Origin: Vicugna vicugna
Lineage: Eukaryota
Length of the DNA: 64,000 nt
Direction: 5' to 3'
Assembly: GCA_013265495.1 (NCBI GenBank)
Contig: MU058065.1
Location: 2,271,003-2,335,002 of the forward strand
The translations under genes were made by a program, and so were the position numbers. Position 1 is the stretch's first letter; the number at the start of each line of letters is the position of its first letter. Shown in pieces: positions 58,920-64,000 of the stretch. Under the pieces are notes generated by a model. That model was not told the DNA's origin. It did not search any database and saw nothing but the letters and a program-made list of their open reading frames with translations.

Positions 58920-58940
58920 GCCGCCGCCGCCGCCGCCGCC
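58920..58940 (+). repeat. (GCC)7 trinucleotide repeat in WDFY1 5'UTR
   Basis: Seven perfect GCC units ending 8 nt before the ATG. Confidence 0.9.
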
Positions 58941-58948
58941 GCGCGAAC

Positions 58949-59085
58949 ATGGCGGCCGAGATCCACTCCAGGCCGCAGAGCAGTCGCCCGGTGCTGCTGA
59001 GCAAGATCGAGGGGCACCAGGACGCCGTCACGGCCGCGCTGCTCATCCCCAAGGAGGACGGCGTGATCACGGCCAGCGAGGACAG
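58949..59085 (+). CDS. WDFY1: WDFY1 (WD repeat and FYVE domain containing 1) first coding exon; gene continues beyond the window
   Basis: gaacATGG start; MAAEIHSRPQSSRPVLLSKIEGHQDAVTAALLIPKEDGVITASEDR (WD40-type GH...TASED); donor AG|GTAGG at 59086; 137 nt; known neighbour of MRPL44. Confidence 0.95.
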
Positions 59086-62000
59086 GTAGGCCAGGGGGTC
59101 CTGCGCAGGGCCGAGGCGCGACGGGGGCGGCCCGGGCTCCCGCCTGCGACCGGGTGTGGGGACCGTGGGGGTCGGCGGCCTCGTCCCTCTCCGCATGGGG
59201 GCGTCCACGGCTCCCGGGTCGCGCGATCTTGTGCCCCCGCCGGCTCCTCTGGCCTTCAGGATGCCCCCACTCCCGCCCGGTTCCAGCCCGCGGGTCCTCC
59301 GAGTCTCCATCCCCTCCGCGCCCCTCCGGCCCGCGATCCCCGTCCACTGCGCTCGGCCAGCCCGAGACCCCCATCCCGGCCGGGACCCCCACGGTATCCC
59401 TCTAGCCCGGGACCCCCGCCGCCGCCGCCTCTCCTTTGTGGAATTTCGCTCGGAGCTGGAAGCGTCCGGACCCCTGGGGGTTGCTTGGCCCTCCGCGGAC
59501 AGTGCCCAGCTACCTTCTCCGGGCGCCGGGACTGGCGGCCGGTTACCGAGGGACCTGGTGCCAGGGATTCCCTTCTGGCAGAAAACCTCCCGGGACTTTC
59601 ACGCCCTTCCTTTCAGCTTTACGTAGGGGTTTACACCCCTTTCGAGCTACACCAGGTCCCTGGATCAGTTATTTTGCCACAGCTGCTAGAACCGCCTGAA
59701 TTGTTAGATACAAAGTAGTTTTTCCCCCCTCTAAAAGTGACTCCTTAAGAAAAGACTTAAAGTAATAATAAACGAAGCTTTTATTTTAAAGAAAAATTTC
59801 CATGTCCACCATTACTGGAAAGCCAGTCATCACTTGTAAAAAAATTAAACTAATAGCTAAAATATGTTAATCTGTGTGCACTTTTAGTCAGCTCTGTCTT
59901 GTACCAAGACGTCTGGCCCACCGTACTTTGGGACGCACTGATCTGATTCGATTTTCTCACTTTACCCAAGAGGAAGGAAACTGAGGCCCGTGGACAGGCA
60001 CAGAGATACTGGTGACGCTACAAATACAACCCAGGACTCCCTAAACCAGCTGTCTGGTCTTCCCAGGGCTGTGTGATTGGATTGGAGAGATTATTTGCTT
60101 TAAAACTTTAGCGTTTTTAAAACCCTAGAAGTTTAAAAGGTTAGTGGCTTTACCGTGGAAATTTGGACGAAATGACTGTGTGAAACTGGGCTTCCTGAGT
60201 ATGGTGAGTGGTCTCAAGTGGCGAGGTTACACAAGTGGAAAGACTTTCTGGAAGAAGGAAGGTACTGCTTGTTCTAGCGTAGAGGTGGAGTCCAGCATTT
60301 TGTAATCTGTCTTTTGAAGTCAGGAGCTTTGAAAAGGACCAGTCCCGAATGGGAAGAGGAAACCTGAAGCCCCTAGCGCCTGTTTGACCTTTGTATTTTG
60401 CTTTAGAGTGAGTTTATTGTGAGCCTGCAGTTTACATGCAGTTGACCTCAAACAAGGTAGGGAGTGATTGGTAGGACCTGGGTGTGGATGTGAGAGCAGG
60501 AAGGGAGGGGGGAAGGAGGGCTGCATGAGCCACAGGGAAAAGAGGAGAATGTGGAAAAAAAAAACGAAGAACAAAATAATGATATTTGCATCATAGATGC
60601 AGACAGTGCTTTATACTAGTTAGCTGTCTTTATTCAGTAAAATATTTTATTCATGACTCATGTGTGTTGAGTAAATTGCTGAATGTTTGAGATTACTGGC
60701 CAGGAGCAGTGCTGACCAGTGTTTTATGGAAAGTGATTACTGAGCTGCTCTGGGACTGAAATGTTCTGGGGGAGCCTCCCGTCAGCTCATTTTGTCACTG
60801 GGACGCAGCAGGGACCTGGCCGATGACTGGACCTGGTGAGGGTTGAGGCTCTGAGTTTCTAATTTGTGTTTATCAGGCCTTTGGAACTACCTGGAAGGGA
60901 GGACACTCTTTTTAGCAGGTGCTACACTTAATGATATGCATGAAAGCTAACGGCTGTGGGTTTCTGTTGTTGCTGTCATTGTTGTATGTTGTGGTTTGTT
61001 TTTACGTTGTCATAAATATGAGGCAAGTCCTCAGTCATTTATTTATTCACTTATTTATTTAGAAATACAGTACTTAGTGAGTGTCAGGCCCTAGAGATAC
61101 AACAGGGATCAACAGTCATAGCACCTGCCCTCACAAAACTTCTGATTCATTTATTTTATGGCCTCCAACCTGAAGGAACCAGCCTGATGAGGAAGCAGGC
61201 ACTGACCGCCTTCATTCATCAAACAAGCATTTATTGGACACTTCTTATGTGCCCGGCCTGTGCCAAGTCTGTGGGTAAAAAAAAAAAACTGACTTTGAAA
61301 TGGCTGTTTCCAAAGGGCCAGATGGTGTGGTGAAGAGATGGCCCTGTGCTTTCGGCTTCCTGGGTGCTGGGGAGACACGGAGGACGGAGGGTTCTTGGTT
61401 GAGGGCTGGGCTTCCAGGAAAGCCTCCTGGAAGAGATGTCGTTGGAGAGAGGAGTGGTCTGTGTGAAGGAAGGAGGGGTGCACATCCTTGGTCCAGGCAG
61501 AGGGAGAGGACGGGAGGGAATAGCCAGACGTACAGAACCACAGTTATTTCTAGGTGTCTGGAACAAAAGGCATACTGAGAGCTGGAAGGCCCAGTGTCCA
61601 GTTCCAGAAAGATCTTCCTCGGGTGCCGCTCTTAGGAATTTGGATATTAGTTTGCAAGCTGTGGGGGACCATCAGAGAGTTCAGAATAAGCAAATGACAT
61701 GGTCAGAATTTGTACTTCAGAAATAACAATAGTTAACCTTTCAAAAGTCCCTTCCCTCTCTCAGTGCAGAATGAGATCTCTGTATATGATGCCTCCGGTC
61801 CTTACGTCTCCCCACAAGGTGGGTACAGCCGCCTTCTCTTCTCTGCAGTTCCAAAATTCAATGTATTTTAAAAGTCAAGTGTGTTTTGTTGGTTTTTGTG
61901 AGTTGGGCTTGAAAACTCATTGGTGCTAAAACTTGACCTGCATAGATGAGACTATGTGAATCTTTATTTATCCTTTGTGGTGTGAATGTTCATTCGTTTT

Positions 62001-62309
62001 ACTGCAGAAATAGCAACGCACTTAATTGCAGATGCTGTCCCAAACCCAGCTAGGAGTTTTACGGGATATGTGGGGGAAGCATCCTATTGTAATGAACGTT
62101 TGACTCTTTGGAAAACTGGGGCACAAAAGACATTGAAGTAACTACCCAAGGTCACATAGCTAGTAAGTGATAGAAACGAGGTTTGAACCGAGGTCTGACT
62201 CTGAGGCCCTGTTCTTTTTGCGGTGCACCTTGTTGTTCTGCACATTTGGAGAACCTGAGTCCAGGCGGTATCGATGATTGACGACTCCCGCAGCAAGTGT
62301 CAAATGCTA

Positions 62310-62732
62310 GGATTCTGCCCTTTCCCCCCACGGGACATCTGGCAATAATCTGGAGACATTTTGGTTGTCACGCCTGGAGGAGGGGACTACTGGCACCTGG
62401 TGGGTAGAGGGCCCTCCACGTCCTGTAATGCACAGGTCAGTCCCTCATGAAAAGGATTGTCCAGCCCCAAATGTCAGTGGTGCCGAGGTTGAGAAATCCG
62501 GGTCTAGGCTTAATGCACTTGTTTATCTGGTCTCTCTAGACAGTGGTTTCCAAACTTGAGTGCGCATCGCATGGGGATAGATCTTGTTCAAACACAGGTA
62601 GCTGGGCCGCACCCCAGGGATTCTGATTCAGTGAGTCTGGGGTGAGGCCTGAGAGCCTGCATTTCTGCCACGTTTCCAGCGATGTCCATGCGGATGCTCC
62701 TGGTCCAGGAACCACACTTTGTGGACCACTGC
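62310..62732. mobile_element. Adjacent MER20-like (about 62310-62505) and MER5A-like (about 62540-62732) relics in WDFY1 intron 1
   Basis: tctggagacattttggttgtcac...ccccaaatgtcagtggtgccgaggttgagaaa; cagtggtttccaaacttgagtgcgcatc...ttctgattcagt...accacacttt. Confidence 0.7.
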
Positions 62733-64000
62733 TGCACACTAACGAAGGGCCCTTCGTCCTGGTGCTTGGCTGTGGAGACCCGCTGGGAGAGGATACTGTC
62801 GACACTCTGTCCTCCTTTTTGTCAGCTTCTGGGATGTATTTGCCTGTGGTTATTTACGTATACCCAGCTATTTCCCCCCCAAACCAAACTATATATGATA
62901 GAACTAAATACAGATAATTCCCCCAAGGGGTAATAAACCAATGTGGAATATTCAGCGTAATTCCTTCATACCTGGAGTCACGGGTAACGATGTGAGCTTA
63001 AGGGTCTAATCAGAGACCTTCAGGGGTTACTGTGCCATGAAGGGTTAACAGATAAGAGGGCTGCTCTTTCATATGCATTCATTTATGTTTTGTTGAAGTA
63101 ATATATACCCTAAGCCCTTTTGTTTAACCTCATCCTTCGAGAAACCTTAATTAGTATTCTTAAATTTTAGTTTTCAGTCACCTGCACTTTGGAGCTAGAG
63201 TATTTGAGCATCCAAAGTGTAAGAGTGCTAAATTCGTGAAGTTAACAAAAATACTCTTGAGCCAATCAAGTGTGACTGTCTTCTCTAGTCAGGAAAACTC
63301 TCAAAATAAAAGTAATAACCTCAGTAATACGGTTAAGAATTTGAGCTACAGCAGTCATTTTCCTGGTGGGGGAAACAGAAAATGAGACTGCGTTCAGAAC
63401 AGAACTGAATGTGGTGAGACAGCGGGAATCAATTCCCTCGACACGTTTGCTTTTTGAACTTCTCTGCTGCGGACTGCACCCCGAAGGTCAGACAGTTGGT
63501 GGTAGGATAGCATTTTCAAAAGGTAAAAACTTTATTAAAAGACTTATAATCAAGTTAAGGCTGTGGCCCTGCTGTCTTCATTTTTGAAAAACAGACTGGA
63601 GAGACGCGTGCTAATCCTTTTGTTTCAGGGGCTTGTGGGCCAAGATTGGTTTCTGCAAGAAACTCAGTTTTACCCGGCCCAAGTCAGGCAAAGACAGATC
63701 TTATATGTTTTGAGGTATTTTGGAATGTTGTTAGGCTGATAAGCAATAAAGATGACAGAAAAGCAACTTTTAAAATATTTTTGGTAGCATCTTCTTTTTG
63801 TTTGTTTGTTTCACCAGGTATTTAATATATTTGCTTCTTTTTAGACGTTTCTCAGCATATTAAGATGGTTTGAAGGAAAAATTGTGTACTTGCTAACTGT
63901 TCACATGGAAATAATCAAATAAACAGCTTGATTTTTAAGTTATGCTTACGAGGAAACCTGGCGTAGCTGGAAGTTTTTCGTTTATACAGAAAACCAGACT

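Larger units (their letters stand above)
58770..59620. promoter_or_regulatory. CpG island / WDFY1 promoter
   Basis: Very high GC and CpG density; CCAAT at 58790-58794; GC-box-like CCCCGCCC near 58876. Confidence 0.88.

Noticed and set aside
49209..58948. Shared bidirectional promoter for MRPL44 and WDFY1
   Set aside because: Start codons are about 9.7 kb apart, with two separate CpG islands and repeat-filled DNA between them.
58711..59718. 335-aa ORF over the WDFY1 promoter
   Set aside because: TTG start, GC-rich CpG-island by-product in a different frame from the real exon; runs through a clear splice donor.

Overview
Mammalian nuclear genomic DNA, probably a camelid (inferred from the SINE and L1 3' sequences; not certain). 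The window holds the known syntenic block SERPINE2 (+) / MRPL44 (-) / WDFY1 (+). SERPINE2 (protease nexin-1) has 8 coding exons at 15825-35690 that join with GT-AG introns into 1194 nt (397 aa + stop); its non-coding first exon lies upstream of the window. MRPL44 has 4 exons at 49208-42312 that join into 996 nt (331 aa + stop) and is convergent with SERPINE2. Only the first coding exon of WDFY1 (58949-59085) is present; it is divergent from MRPL44, and each gene has its own CpG island. The rest is intron or intergenic DNA full of L1, SINE, LTR, MIR/L2 and MER relics; repeat family names are from memory, not a search. I found no new gene system. The most unusual things seen directly are small-scale: a 43-bp locally templated insertion inside an L1 tail flanked by a 16-bp duplication; a strong-context Met-Ala-stop uORF whose stop overlaps the MRPL44 start (TAATG); absence of the tandem acceptor that gives the two human PN-1 isoforms; a tail-less L1 with a target-site duplication; and a run of same-orientation CTCF-like motifs.
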